A stretch of 63,763 nucleotides of DNA, counting the filler, from Bdellovibrionota bacterium (GTDB lineage: Bacteria > Bdellovibrionota > Bdellovibrionia > Bdellovibrionales > JAEYZS01): assembly GCA_963169515.1 (NCBI GenBank). It is 3 parts of 3 records of this genome, joined end to end, with 100 filler letters (N's around TTAATTAATTAA, not from the genome) between each part and the next. Parts side by side here need not be neighbours in the genome. Positions count along the whole stretch, not along the records: positions 26,326 to 55,877 come from CAUJEF010000094.1; positions 55,978 to 63,763 come from CAUJEF010000100.1; 1 more part is not named here. One strand, written 5' to 3'. A model generated the notes under the pieces. That model did not search any database. It was given only the letters and a program-made list of their open reading frames with translations, and was not told the origin of the DNA. Made by a program: the position numbers and the translations under genes. Below are positions 47,525-58,182 of this stretch, in pieces. Each line of letters begins with the position of its first letter. Position 1 is the first letter of the stretch.

Positions 47525-48483
47525 TGAACAGACGCCCGCGAAGAAACAGAAAGTCGGAAGTCATCCGGGACATGGTTGCAGAGACAGAGGTTTCTGCAAA
47601 GAATTTGATTTTTCCTTTATTTATTTTGGACGGCACCGAAAAGAACATTGAAATTTCATCCATGCCTGGAATCTTTCGAAAAAGTCCGGACGAAGTTTAT
47701 CGTGAAATTGAATTGTGCATGGAATTGGGGCTGAAAAGCTTTGCCTTATTCCCGGTTGTTGAGGAGTCTTTGAAAGATCCGTTTGCGAAAGTTTCTTACG
47801 ATAAAAGTTTTTTCTATCTAAAAGCGATCCGTGAAATTAAACAAAAATTCCCGGAATCTGTCATAATGACTGACGTTGCGATGGACCCTTATAGTTCCCA
47901 TGGGCATGACGGAGTTTACAAAAACGGAAAAATTTTAAACGACGAAACATTGCCGATCTTGGGACATATGGCATTGGCGCAGGCAGAGGCAGGCGCTGAT
48001 ATCATCGGCCCGTCTGATATGATGGATGGACGCGTCGGTTTTCTGCGCCAGGCACTTGACGAAAATGGATATTCAGACGTTTCTATTATGGCATACACTG
48101 CCAAATACGCATCCAGTTTTTATGGACCCTTCCGCGAAGCTTTGGATTCTGCACCTAAATTTGGAAACAAGAAAACGTATCAAATGGATTTTCGAAATCA
48201 AAAAGAGGCCTTGGTTGAAGCCGAACTGGATATTGCAGAAGGCGCGGACATGATTATGGTAAAGCCCGCTTTGGCGTATCTTGATGTGATATCACAGCTG
48301 AAAAATACGTTTTCGGTCCCAATCGCAGCTTATAATGTTAGCGGTGAGTACGCGATGGTGAAGGCCTCTTCCGCGAAGGGTTGGATTGACGAGGAGCTTG
48401 CGGTTTTGGAGATGCTGACGGCGATACGTCGGGCTGGGGCGTCCCAGATACTGACGTATTTTGCAAAGCAGTTTCTGCTTTAA
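47524..48483 (+). CDS. hemB: Porphobilinogen synthase
   Basis: RPRRNR, HGHDG, PSDMMDGR, KYASSFYGPFREA, MVKPA, AYNVSGEY. Confidence 0.96.
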   Translation: MNRRPRRNRKSEVIRDMVAETEVSAKNLIFPLFILDGTEKNIEISSMPGIFRKSPDEVYREIELCMELGLKSFALFPVVEESLKDPFAKVSYDKSFFYLKAIREIKQKFPESVIMTDVAMDPYSSHGHDGVYKNGKILNDETLPILGHMALAQAEAGADIIGPSDMMDGRVGFLRQALDENGYSDVSIMAYTAKYASSFYGPFREALDSAPKFGNKKTYQMDFRNQKEALVEAELDIAEGADMIMVKPALAYLDVISQLKNTFSVPIAAYNVSGEYAMVKASSAKGWIDEELAVLEMLTAIRRAGASQILTYFAKQFLL

Positions 48484-48877
48484 CTTTTAAATTTCGATCC
48501 AGTTCCCATACCGTGTTTCCGGTCTTGCTATCAATCAAGTGATATTGAACCAAAAGATTTAAATACTCTTTGTCTTGCCAGTCGTCGACGCCGATTTGTA
48601 GTGTATATTCCCCATCGGTATGGGTACGTATTGGCGCTTTAACTTTTTCTAAAAGTGTTTTAGCGCTATCGCTCAGGGGAATGTATTCAATGGTTTTAAT
48701 GTTTTGCCATTCCTTTGGAATTTTCTGATAGAGCAAAAGCTTTTCAATATCTTGTTTCCACAAATAATAAATCATTCCGTTCTTATCTTTTGACCAAAAT
48801 GGAGCAAGCTCCCTGTACAGAAAGACAACGATCACAAGGCCGAACAAGAAAATAGTCAGGCCAAAAATACGTCCCAT
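48338..48877 (-). CDS. Membrane-anchored hypothetical protein
   Basis: N-terminal TM helix and GGGGG RBS; 3' end overlaps hemB antisense by 146 nt. Confidence 0.6.
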   Translation of the reverse strand: MGRIFGLTIFLFGLVIVVFLYRELAPFWSKDKNGMIYYLWKQDIEKLLLYQKIPKEWQNIKTIEYIPLSDSAKTLLEKVKAPIRTHTDGEYTLQIGVDDWQDKEYLNLLVQYHLIDSKTGNTVWELDRNLKVKAETALQNTSVSGTPQPDVSPSASPKPQAPRQSNPSRKRPSPSRTHR

Positions 48878-48891
48878 TGCTTTCCCCCCTG

Positions 48892-49596
48892 TTATTCCCC
48901 TAAATAGGCTTTGCGAACGTCGTCTGAAGCCATGAGTTCCTTTGCAGAACCTTTCAAGGCAACCCGTCCGACCTCAAGCACGATCCCTTTGTGAGCGATT
49001 TCTAACGCCTGCAGAGCATTTTGTTCGACAAGCAGAACGGTTTTGCCATCTTTATTGATTTTCACAATGATTTCAAAAATTTTCTCGATGATCTGTGGGG
49101 CTAATCCTAGCGATGGCTCATCAAGGAGTAACAGCTCCGGGTGGCCCATCAGTGCGCGTCCGATTGCCAGCATTTGCTGTTCGCCGCCGGATAAAGTTCC
49201 TGCATTTTGTGATCGCCGTTCTTTAAGCCTGGGAAATAGTGAAAAGACGTGTTCAATATCGTCGTTAAAGGTCGATTTGTCTTTGACGGACCAGGCGCCG
49301 AGGTCCAAGTTTTCTTCAACGGTGAGATTAAGAAATATTCCGCGTCCTTCCGGGGCCTGGCAGATACCCCTTTGAACGATTTTATCGGCGGGGATGTTTA
49401 CAATCGATCGGTCTTTGAAAAGAATTTTTCCCGCTATTGGCGTGTTCAAGCCGGAAATCGTTCGCAAGATGGTTGTTTTGCCGGCGCCATTGGCGCCGAT
49501 GAGGGTGACAATTTCCCCTTTGGCAACGTCAAAGCTCACATTTTGCAGTGCTTGGATTGCGCCATAATTTACAGAAACATTTTCAACCTTTAACAT
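48892..49596 (-). CDS. livF: Branched-chain amino acid ABC ATPase
   Basis: GANGAGKTT, PEGRGIF, LSGGEQQMLAIGRALM, LDEPSLGLAP. Confidence 0.93.
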   Translation of the reverse strand: MLKVENVSVNYGAIQALQNVSFDVAKGEIVTLIGANGAGKTTILRTISGLNTPIAGKILFKDRSIVNIPADKIVQRGICQAPEGRGIFLNLTVEENLDLGAWSVKDKSTFNDDIEHVFSLFPRLKERRSQNAGTLSGGEQQMLAIGRALMGHPELLLLDEPSLGLAPQIIEKIFEIIVKINKDGKTVLLVEQNALQALEIAHKGIVLEVGRVALKGSAKELMASDDVRKAYLGE

Positions 49597-49605
49597 GCAT
49601 AATTC

Positions 49606-50388
49606 CTAATGTGTTGTTGCGCTTTTCCCCAGGTAGGCTTCGATAACCCGTGGGTTTTGTTGGATCTCGCTTGGTGTGCCTTCGGCGATTGTGACCCCGT
49701 AATCGAGCACAGTAATGCGCTCACAAATTCCCATAACAAGCTTCATATCATGCTCAATTAGCAAAGTTGTAATTCCCAGCTTGGATTTCACCATACGAAT
49801 GGTGCTCATCAGATCTACGGTTTCCTTGGTATTCATGCCAGCGGCGGGTTCATCCAACAAAAGAATTTTTGCTCCTGTTGCCATTGCCCGGGCAATTTCC
49901 AATCGGCGCTGGGCCCCATAGGGGAGATTTCTTGCTAGGTTTTGTTGCTTGTCTTCCAAGCCAAAAATTTTTAACAGTTCGTATCCGCGCCTGTTTTTTT
50001 CATTTTCATTTTCAATAAACTTTGCAGTCTTAAAAATGGAATGGAATATCGAGACACGCGGAAAATTGGGGTCCTGGTCAATTGCAACTTTTAAATTATC
50101 TAAAACTGTAAGGTCTTTAAACAAACGAATGTTTTGAAATGTTCGGGCCATTCCATAATGGGTGATCTTACAAGGGGCAAGGCCGGTTACTAAATTGCCA
50201 AAGGCCTCGATTGCTCCGGTGGTGGGTTTGTATACACCTGTTAGCATATTAAAGATGGTTGTTTTGCCAGCGCCATTGGGGCCGATCAACCCATAGATCA
50301 CACCTTCAGGAAGGTCGAGACAAAAATCTGTTACAGCTTTCAGGCCGCCAAATTGAATTCCCATTTTCTTGACACATAATACGTTCAC
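49606..50388 (-). CDS. livG: Branched-chain amino acid ABC ATPase
   Basis: FGGLKAV, GPNGAGKTT, RTFQNIRLF, LPYGAQRRLEIARA, IEHDM. Confidence 0.93.
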   Translation of the reverse strand: MNVLCVKKMGIQFGGLKAVTDFCLDLPEGVIYGLIGPNGAGKTTIFNMLTGVYKPTTGAIEAFGNLVTGLAPCKITHYGMARTFQNIRLFKDLTVLDNLKVAIDQDPNFPRVSIFHSIFKTAKFIENENEKNRRGYELLKIFGLEDKQQNLARNLPYGAQRRLEIARAMATGAKILLLDEPAAGMNTKETVDLMSTIRMVKSKLGITTLLIEHDMKLVMGICERITVLDYGVTIAEGTPSEIQQNPRVIEAYLGKSATTH

Positions 50389-51392
50389 TTTTTCTTCCCG
50401 GGTAAAAAGTCAAAAATTTCTTTAGTTCCAAACAGCCCGTTTGGTCGTGTGAGCATCAATACAATTAGCAAAAATGAGTAAATAATCATGCGAAGATCCA
50501 CCTGGGTAATTTCTTGTAAGGGGCGGAGCGCTTCACGAAGAGTTGTTAAAAAGACCGCTGCGACAATAGATCCAGAGATGCTGCCCATGCCGCCTAACAC
50601 TACCATGATAATAATCTCAAAAGAGCGATTGAAGTCAAACGTCACGGGGTTGATAAACTGCAACTGGTGCGCAAAAAGGCCGCCCGCCACACCGGCAAAG
50701 AAAGCTCCGATGACGAAAGCGCGTACTTTGGCGCCCGTGATATTCACGCCCATGGCCTCGGCTGCAATTTCATCCTCGCGAACACTTAGGAACGATCTGC
50801 CCTGTGGTGATTTGATAAGCCGCTCAACAACAAAGACTGTGAGCACGACGAACGAAAAGATCCAGCCGAAATTAGAAAGCGGTGGAATGCCCGGCATTCC
50901 ACGTGATCCGCCAACGGCGTCGACATTTAAAAATATAACACGGATAATTTCGCCAAAACCAAGGGTCACGATTGCCAGATAGTCACCTTTCAGTCTTAGT
51001 GAAGGAAGACCCACCAGATAGCCGGCAGCACACGAAACCAATCCACCCAAGATTAACGATCCAACAAAAATAGACTGTCCAATGAGCGGGTTTGAAAACA
51101 AGTCTACGTGATGGGCTTGAAAGTAAGTCGTGATAAAAGCTGATGCATAGGCACCAACCGACATAAACCCCGCATGCCCCATTGAGAACTGTCCCGTGAA
51201 CCCATTTACGAGATTCAGGCTAACGGCCAATATAATATTAATTCCGGAATATAAAATGATGTTGAGATAGTAGGGATTAATCTGGTCCGTTAGGAAAATG
51301 CTAATAAGCCAAATAAAAATGCCTGTGACAAGCCAGATCCAATTAGAGTGAAACTTTCCAAGTCTGTTAGAAATCTGGATCGGTCCACTCAT
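50385..51392 (-). CDS. livM: Branched-chain amino acid ABC permease
   Basis: GQFSMGHAGF, LRLKGDYLAIVTLGFGEI, VREDEIAA. Confidence 0.92.
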   Translation of the reverse strand: MSGPIQISNRLGKFHSNWIWLVTGIFIWLISIFLTDQINPYYLNIILYSGINIILAVSLNLVNGFTGQFSMGHAGFMSVGAYASAFITTYFQAHHVDLFSNPLIGQSIFVGSLILGGLVSCAAGYLVGLPSLRLKGDYLAIVTLGFGEIIRVIFLNVDAVGGSRGMPGIPPLSNFGWIFSFVVLTVFVVERLIKSPQGRSFLSVREDEIAAEAMGVNITGAKVRAFVIGAFFAGVAGGLFAHQLQFINPVTFDFNRSFEIIIMVVLGGMGSISGSIVAAVFLTTLREALRPLQEITQVDLRMIIYSFLLIVLMLTRPNGLFGTKEIFDFLPGKKK

Positions 51393-52291
51393 ACTTTTTC
51401 AGTCCTATTGGTTCCAAAAAGACCGGTAGGTTTCACGAGTAGAATGAAAATTAACAGGGCAAATGCCAAAGCGTCTCTGTATGTCGATGCCCAATATCCG
51501 ACTAGGAATGTTTCTGCCATTCCCAACGTAAGCGCGCCAACGACGGCACCAGCGATGTTTCCGATTCCACCCAGTACCGCAGCAACGAATGCTTTTAATC
51601 CTGGCATAACGCCCATCATAGGCTCAATGCGAGGATAGATGATTCCGACGAGCACACCGCCAGCACCAGCAAGTGCTGATCCCAGCATGAATGTAAGCGA
51701 AATAACTTTGTTTGTTGGTATTCCCATCAGAGAGGCAAGGTCGTGATTAAAGCTCACAGCTCTCATCGCACGACCAACACGCGTTCGAAAAACAATATAT
51801 TGCAGAAATCCCATCAGAATAAGAGAGATAATAAGCACGATAACCTGAAGTGGGTTAATCTTAATTTCTCCAATAGAAAGGTCTGTCTGAGGAATGTAAA
51901 GCTCTGGAAAAAACTTTGGGTCTGATCCAAAAATAAGCTGCCCCGAAAACTCTAAAAGAAGCGAAACACCCACCGCTGTAATTAACAAGTTGATTCGCGG
52001 TGCTTTTCTCAGTGGTCTATATGCGAATCGTTCAATAATATATCCCACACTCGCACACATCACCATGGCGAAGATCAGTACCAGGATTAAATTTGTAAGC
52101 GACGGTTTATCAGTAAAATGAAACCATTTGGCGCTATAGTAGCCGACAAATGCCCCCAGCATATAAACGTCGCCATGGGCGAAATTAATCAATTGCAGTA
52201 CGCCAAACACCATCGTATAGCCAATAGCGATCAGCGCATATATGCTACCAAGACTGATTCCGTTGATGACGTACTGGAAGAACTCAACCAT
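51389..52291 (-). CDS. livH: Branched-chain amino acid ABC permease
   Basis: GSIYALIAIGYTMVFG..INFAHG, KAFVAAVLGGIG. Confidence 0.92.
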   Translation of the reverse strand: MVEFFQYVINGISLGSIYALIAIGYTMVFGVLQLINFAHGDVYMLGAFVGYYSAKWFHFTDKPSLTNLILVLIFAMVMCASVGYIIERFAYRPLRKAPRINLLITAVGVSLLLEFSGQLIFGSDPKFFPELYIPQTDLSIGEIKINPLQVIVLIISLILMGFLQYIVFRTRVGRAMRAVSFNHDLASLMGIPTNKVISLTFMLGSALAGAGGVLVGIIYPRIEPMMGVMPGLKAFVAAVLGGIGNIAGAVVGALTLGMAETFLVGYWASTYRDALAFALLIFILLVKPTGLFGTNRTEKV

Positions 52292-53460
52292 TAGGGATTA
52301 ATCGTCGTTTGATATTTAAATGCTCCGTTTTCAACTTTTAAAACGACCGCAGATTTAATTGCGTTTCTGTCTGCATCGATGCTGATATTCCCAGTCACGC
52401 CCTGATAATTTCGAACAGCAGCGATGGCTTCTTTTATGTCTGGCCCACTAAGAGATTTTGCGCTTTTCATAGACGCAGCTAAAACCATTGCGGCATCGTA
52501 CCCCATTGCGGCTAAGCCATCCGGAATTTCGTTATTCATCGCTTTGAAGCGAGCAATGAAAGACTGGACGTGTGGGGATTTATCTTCGGCAGAGTAGTGG
52601 TTTGAAAAGTAAGAGCCGTTAACAGCTTTGCCACCAATTTCTTGCAATTTTGGAGAATCCCATCCGTCACCACCCAAAAGCGGAGCTTTGATTCCAAGTT
52701 CGCGGGCTTGACGGGCAATCAAACCCACATCTGTATAATATCCAGGTACAAAAATCGCATCAGGATGTTTTGCACGAATCGCAGTCAGTTGAGATTTGAA
52801 ATCAATGTCGCCAGCAGAATAGCTTTTGTCGAGGATGATTTCGCCGCCTAGTTTTTTGTAAGTTTCAATGAAAAAATCTGCCAGACCCACGCTGTAGTCA
52901 TTTTTTACGTCACGGAGAACGGCAACTTTTTTTGCCTTCAGTGTGTCGTGTGCGAATTTTGCCATGACTGTTCCTTGGAATGGATCAATAAAACAAACGC
53001 GGAAAATATAGTCACCTACGGCGGTTACTTTCGGATTTGTGGATGACGGTGTAATCATTGGAACTTTGTTTTGTTGAGAGATTGGGGCCATTGCCAGGCT
53101 GCGCCCGCTGGCAACCTCTCCCAGGATCGCAGAAACTTTATTCTGCGTTATAAGTTTGGTGACTGCGGTTGCGGCCTCTTCAGGTTTGCCTTGATCGTCG
53201 AGTGTGATGAGCTCCAACTTTTTTCCATTGATACCGCCAGCATCATTGATTTCTTTAAATGCAAGTTTGATCCCTTTATTTGTAGAAATACCGAAGGTCG
53301 CCTCTGGTCCCGTTAGAGAACCGACTTCCCCAACAAGAATTGAATCGTCTGAGGATTGGGTTTCTGCCCCGGTTGTGCCTGCATTCTTTTTAGTACATCC
53401 AATCAACGACAAACTCATAATTGACGTTAAAACTAATCCATAAAAAAATGATTGCTTCAT
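52291..53460 (-). CDS. livK: Branched-chain amino acid ABC substrate-binding lipoprotein (LivK/LivJ family)
   Basis: Lipobox LIGC; GGINGKKLEL..DD; IFRVCF.D..QG. Confidence 0.88.
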   Translation of the reverse strand: MKQSFFYGLVLTSIMSLSLIGCTKKNAGTTGAETQSSDDSILVGEVGSLTGPEATFGISTNKGIKLAFKEINDAGGINGKKLELITLDDQGKPEEAATAVTKLITQNKVSAILGEVASGRSLAMAPISQQNKVPMITPSSTNPKVTAVGDYIFRVCFIDPFQGTVMAKFAHDTLKAKKVAVLRDVKNDYSVGLADFFIETYKKLGGEIILDKSYSAGDIDFKSQLTAIRAKHPDAIFVPGYYTDVGLIARQARELGIKAPLLGGDGWDSPKLQEIGGKAVNGSYFSNHYSAEDKSPHVQSFIARFKAMNNEIPDGLAAMGYDAAMVLAASMKSAKSLSGPDIKEAIAAVRNYQGVTGNISIDADRNAIKSAVVLKVENGAFKYQTTINP

Positions 53461-53828
53461 CGATTACTCCCTATCGCCTGTAGCGATTCAATTAATGGGC
53501 CCACTATGCTTTTAAACGCTTATAATCAGGACGTTTTCAATTGTCATCACCACAGATTTACTGGAGCTAATTTTTTGGTATGCGTTGACTAATTTGTGCC
53601 GTTTTTTGCGCTGGGTACGGATTTGTGTCGGCCATGGTTTATTCAGCGTAACTATTCAAAAATACTTACAAAAATTGATTTAATTTTTTTTATAGCGTCA
53701 TTCTATTAGCCACTTCTTTGACTATACGGTTTTAGTGGGATTGAAAATCAATAATAAAATTAAATGCTTGGGCATCATAGAAATGGCACAGGTATTGGAA
53801 GTATGGAGCCTGATCACAGGAGAGTACC

Positions 53829-54938
53829 GTGCGCACTTTGCTAAGAATTTATTTGTCAGTTTCTATGGTTTTTGTGGCGATCTCATGTTCGGATGTGCGC
53901 TTTAAGAAAAGCAACAAAGACATTTGCCTTGGTGACGAGCGGGCGTGTTCGGTTGATCCATCCAGCAATGAATTAACTTTTGATTATACAGAAACGGTGC
54001 CTTATCCAGACACGCGTGTGGATATTTTGTTTATAGTGGATAACTCCAAGTCCATGATGGATGACCAAAGTCAAATGGCGGCCCGATTCAATGACTTTAT
54101 GAGTTCCATCAACGGTCTGGATTGGCAAATCGCAATTTCAACAACGGACACACGAGTGGGATCTAAAGAATATATGGGCGGAAAGCTTCTGCCATTTAAA
54201 GATTCTAGCGGTCAGACCGTAACATACGTGTTGAATAAAAATGTTTCTGGCTACGACTCTTTATTTAGAAGCACAATTCAACGAAAAGAAACTCAAGACT
54301 GCGTATGGTATTATCAGCAAGGTCGCCCTTGGGAATGCGATTTGAACGGTGACGAGCGTGGAATTTATTCTGCCGTGATTGCTCTGAATCAAAATCAAAA
54401 CGGTTTTATGAGAAGTGGCGTGCCCTTGAAAGTGGTCATTATTTCCGACGAGAACGAGCGTAGTAACGGTGGCAAGTATCCCAACCTTCCATTGGTAGAC
54501 GGACAAGATTTCGCAGAAGATTTGGTTGCTCTTGCAAACCAAAAAGGAAAATCACTTACTGCCTATTCAATCATCGTCCCATCAAATGACCAATTCTGCG
54601 CGGCCGCCCAAGCGAACAATTCGTATAATGACGCGACTTTTCCAGGTACGATTTACGAAAAATTGGCCTCGCTTACAGGTGGTGGCACATTTTCCATTTG
54701 TGCATCCAGCTTCACCCCGCACTTACAAGCCATTAGTAGGGACATTGATGATGGTGTTCGAGACACAATTAAAAACTTAGCTTGCGTACCCAAAGGCAAC
54801 ACTGTTGAACTGTACGTTCCCGCTACGGCAGGATCACCCAGGATAATTTCAAATGTAACAGGGCGTTCCTTTTCTGTCAGCCCAGCATTATCCCCTGGGG
54901 AAACCTACCGCGTCCGCTACCTCTGTATACCGTTCTAG
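53829..54938 (+). CDS. vWA-domain lipoprotein
   Basis: Lipobox AISC; VDILFIVDNSKSM (MIDAS DxSxS), TTD, VIISDENE, LASLTGG..SIC. Confidence 0.8.
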   Translation: MRTLLRIYLSVSMVFVAISCSDVRFKKSNKDICLGDERACSVDPSSNELTFDYTETVPYPDTRVDILFIVDNSKSMMDDQSQMAARFNDFMSSINGLDWQIAISTTDTRVGSKEYMGGKLLPFKDSSGQTVTYVLNKNVSGYDSLFRSTIQRKETQDCVWYYQQGRPWECDLNGDERGIYSAVIALNQNQNGFMRSGVPLKVVIISDENERSNGGKYPNLPLVDGQDFAEDLVALANQKGKSLTAYSIIVPSNDQFCAAAQANNSYNDATFPGTIYEKLASLTGGGTFSICASSFTPHLQAISRDIDDGVRDTIKNLACVPKGNTVELYVPATAGSPRIISNVTGRSFSVSPALSPGETYRVRYLCIPF

Positions 54939-55014
54939 GTGCCAGGCACCAGCCGTCCGGTGGTCGGACAAAGGTCGCCTTCAGAACTCATTAAAATGTG
55001 TCGAATTCTAAGGC

Positions 55015-55692
55015 ATGAAAGTTGTTGTTGCCGATTCAGATCTTCAGCACGGTAAGATTTTGCTCCAATACTTGCTTGATCTATGTGATGTGCATTTGGT
55101 TGCGCCGTCAGATGCACTCTCGCATGCAGAGAGAATTCGCCCGCGCATTTTTCTTGTCGCAGTTGAATCCATAAATCACTTCAAAACCTTGATAAAAGAA
55201 ATCCGCAGCCACCGAGATTTGTTTGATGCAGGAATTATTTGTCTGACGGCAGATGAAAGCCAATTCAACGAGCTTTATACGGTGGGTGCGGATCTGATTT
55301 TGAGGTACGATTCTGAACTAGACGACGTGTATTGGTCTGTGTATTCGCTTAAAAGACGACTGCAAGGATTTGCTCCACAGGGCGAAATTCAGCTTGGTCC
55401 ATACACAGTGAATCCCCACACATTTGAGGTCGAGCAAGGCGGAAAAAAGGAAAAAGTAAAGCCGGTGCAGGTGAAATTACTTTCTGCTTTCCATAAATAC
55501 CCAAATCGTCTTTTAACTCGGGAATGGTTGAAAAACAATGTTTGGGGTTCTGACGGAAAAATCACATTTCGTTCGATCGATGCGCAGATTTCTAAGCTCA
55601 AAAAGTCACTTCCTTTGCTTGAGACAATTATCGAAAGCATCTACGGGCAGGGCTATATTTATAAGCCAGATAGTGGCCAAAAAGCCTCTTAA
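55015..55692 (+). CDS. OmpR/PhoB-type winged-helix regulator with atypical receiver
   Basis: C-terminal LTREWL...VWG...RSIDAQISKLKK..IESIYGQGY; phospho-acceptor Asp not evident. Confidence 0.78.
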   Translation: MKVVVADSDLQHGKILLQYLLDLCDVHLVAPSDALSHAERIRPRIFLVAVESINHFKTLIKEIRSHRDLFDAGIICLTADESQFNELYTVGADLILRYDSELDDVYWSVYSLKRRLQGFAPQGEIQLGPYTVNPHTFEVEQGGKKEKVKPVQVKLLSAFHKYPNRLLTREWLKNNVWGSDGKITFRSIDAQISKLKKSLPLLETIIESIYGQGYIYKPDSGQKAS

Positions 55693-55720
55693 TTGTATCT
55701 AAAAATCAATATAAATCGTC

Positions 55721-55747
55721 TCAAGTTTATACGGTTCAGGCCGATAA
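55721..55747 (+). promoter_or_regulatory. Sigma28 (FliA)-type promoter
   Basis: TCAA-N15-GCCGATAA. Confidence 0.65.
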
Positions 55748-55786
55748 GACTTATGTATGGCTTTTATTATAAACAAAGTAAAAATC

Positions 55787-55877
55787 ATGAGATACACACT
55801 TCTGTCGCTTCTTATGCTGAGTGGAATTATGCTTTTATTCCAGAACTGTGAGCTGGCGGAATTGAAAAAAAATAAAA
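55787..55877 (+). CDS. N-terminus of an FQNC-type lipoprotein (truncated by spacer)
   Basis: MRYTLLSLLMLSGIMLLFQNCELAELKKNK; an alternative in-frame ATG lies at 55757. Confidence 0.6.
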
Positions 55878-55977
55878 NNNNNNNNNNNNNNNNNNNNNNN
55901 NNNNNNNNNNNNNNNNNNNNNTTAATTAATTAANNNNNNNNNNNNNNNNNNNNNNNNNNNNNNNNNNNNNNNNNNNN
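55878..55977. other. Artificial contig-joining spacer
   Basis: 44 N + TTAATTAATTAA + 44 N. Confidence 0.97.
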
Positions 55978-56488
55978 TGGAGCAATGGTGAATAATCCAT
56001 TTTTCTTTAACTACATGATTGGCTTGCGCTTGGGATATAAGTTGACAGTAATAGGGGGTATCGAAGCCACTTTTGGATACTTGATGCCAGCATGTCAGCG
56101 CATCTCCATAGATTTAGAAAGCGACAAACAAATTTTCACAAGCAGTTTTATTATTCCAGAAATGTTTTTCGGGGCGGACCTGCGATGGTCCCCAATCTAT
56201 GGGAAAATGAGCTTTTTTAATTCTTCCATCGTTCCATTTGATATGTACTTTTCGGCTGGCGGAGGAATTACCACAACAAATCAAGACACTTCGCCTATGA
56301 CCATTCACCTGGGGACTGGACAGATTTTTGCACTTTCAAAAGGTGTAGCTGCTCGTTGGGATGTGAGTGCGTATATGTATAATTCATCGACCTCAGTTCC
56401 TGAGGATGGTGCTCAAGAGGGGTCGTTTGTCGATTTGTATGTGTCGCTAGGGATGAGTTTCTTTTTTCCAGAAGCGAGCTACCGATGA
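55978..56488 (+). CDS. Outer-membrane beta-barrel, GltA/GltB-like (5'-truncated)
   Basis: WSPIYGKMS, VPFDMYFSAGGG, C-terminal LGMSFFFP; context in the glt operon. Confidence 0.7.
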
Positions 56489-58182
56489 GAAACTTTAAAA
56501 AGCTAATTATTTTTATGGTATTTCTGGCGGTTCTTAGTCCAGTAGAAATATCCAATTGGGGGTTTGAGCCTCAAGCTTCTTCAGCGGCTACAAAAACAAA
56601 AAGAGCAAAGAAAACTAATAAATCAAAATCAGCAAGAAAGACTAAAGCAGGAAAATCAGGATCGTCGACCCATGTGAAAGTGGGAAGTGCCGAGCTCAAC
56701 AGAGCTATGCAATTGGGGAAAGAGGGTCGATACGCGGAAGCGTCCGTTCTTTTGTTTAAATTAAGTCGCAGCCCTCGATTGGCTAGCCAAAGGAATCAAA
56801 TTAAATATCTGTTGGGTCTGATGCTATTTGATATGAAGCTGTATCAATTGGCTGCATTTCATTTTGTGGACGTTGTAAAAGAGGGTAACTCTCTTAATAT
56901 CAAAAAGGCGCTGGAGAAACTTTCGTTGGCAGCGGACAAGCTGGGCGATGAGACCTTGCTAAACTATGCAATGTCTAAAGTAGATCTTCGTGATTTTCCA
57001 CGTGAACACGTCGATAAATTAAGATATCGCATTGCTGAATTTCAATTTCAAAACGAACAATACGATAAAGCTGCGGAGAACTTTTCAAAGGTGAAAATGG
57101 AAAGTCCTCTGTATAGCAAAGCGAAATATATGGAAGGCCTGACCTGGGCGACATTGAAAAGAAACGATGAGGCAATTAAAGCGTTTTCAGACTTGGTACA
57201 ATATCGCGCTGATGCTAAGGTTACGGATCCAACCCGTGTCGCGGCTTTGATGGGTCTGGCGCGAGCCTACTATCAGAAAAAGGATTGGGAAAATTCAATT
57301 TTAACCTACAGGAAGGTCCCGAGGGATACAGAGTCTTGGCACGACGTGCTTTTTGAAATGAGTTGGGCCCAGATGAGATCTGCACAATTTAGAAGTGTCT
57401 TGAGTAATTTTCATTCGCTGCACTCTCCTTATTACGAAGATTTTTATATTCCAGAATCGATTTTGCTTCGTTCCCTTGTGTATTTGTATATTTGTGAATA
57501 TGACGAGATGGAAAAAACATTGGACTTGTTCGATCGCGTATATCGGCCGCTGCGCAGAAGTATCCGTGACTATCTGAAGAGCGAACCAAGTTCTGAAGAT
57601 CATTTTAAAAATATGGACGAAGTTGTAAAACATTACGACAAAATCAAATCAAATATGAAGGCCCGAAGTAAAATTAAAATACCATTCATGATTGCTCGAA
57701 AAATTATGAAGGAAGGTAATTTCTCTAAAGGTTATTCTTACGTATATAAGTTATTGGAAGAAAAAAGGCGTATGGAGAAAATGCCCGCATCATGGCAGAA
57801 CTCCCAGCTGGGAGTTTATTCGAAGAAGATTTTGGCAAATCGATTGGCTCGAGCGAAAGAAAATGTTGGTGACCGGGTCGAGGAACATATCAAAGATGCC
57901 CGAAAAGAATTGTTGGAACTTTTCAAACAAAAAGATTTTGCACGATTTGAAATGCTGAGCGGAAAAAAAGAACAGCTTCGTAAAGACGCGGTAACAAAAG
58001 AAGATCTTAAGTCTAAACATTCAAACTCAGACGAAGAGATCGATGAAGATAGCGATAAGGAATCGGATCAGCAACGCAGTTATTACATCCAAAACGGATA
58101 TGAATATTATCCGTTCCAGGGCGAGTACTGGCTCGACGAAATTGGTAACTATTATTATTTAGGAAAACAACGCTGTGAATAA
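56485..58182 (+). CDS. gltC: Gliding motility TPR protein, GltC-like
   Basis: TPRs, FEMSWA, LHSPYY, C-terminal YYPFQGEYWLDEIGNYYY...CE. Confidence 0.72.
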   Translation: MRNFKKLIIFMVFLAVLSPVEISNWGFEPQASSAATKTKRAKKTNKSKSARKTKAGKSGSSTHVKVGSAELNRAMQLGKEGRYAEASVLLFKLSRSPRLASQRNQIKYLLGLMLFDMKLYQLAAFHFVDVVKEGNSLNIKKALEKLSLAADKLGDETLLNYAMSKVDLRDFPREHVDKLRYRIAEFQFQNEQYDKAAENFSKVKMESPLYSKAKYMEGLTWATLKRNDEAIKAFSDLVQYRADAKVTDPTRVAALMGLARAYYQKKDWENSILTYRKVPRDTESWHDVLFEMSWAQMRSAQFRSVLSNFHSLHSPYYEDFYIPESILLRSLVYLYICEYDEMEKTLDLFDRVYRPLRRSIRDYLKSEPSSEDHFKNMDEVVKHYDKIKSNMKARSKIKIPFMIARKIMKEGNFSKGYSYVYKLLEEKRRMEKMPASWQNSQLGVYSKKILANRLARAKENVGDRVEEHIKDARKELLELFKQKDFARFEMLSGKKEQLRKDAVTKEDLKSKHSNSDEEIDEDSDKESDQQRSYYIQNGYEYYPFQGEYWLDEIGNYYYLGKQRCE

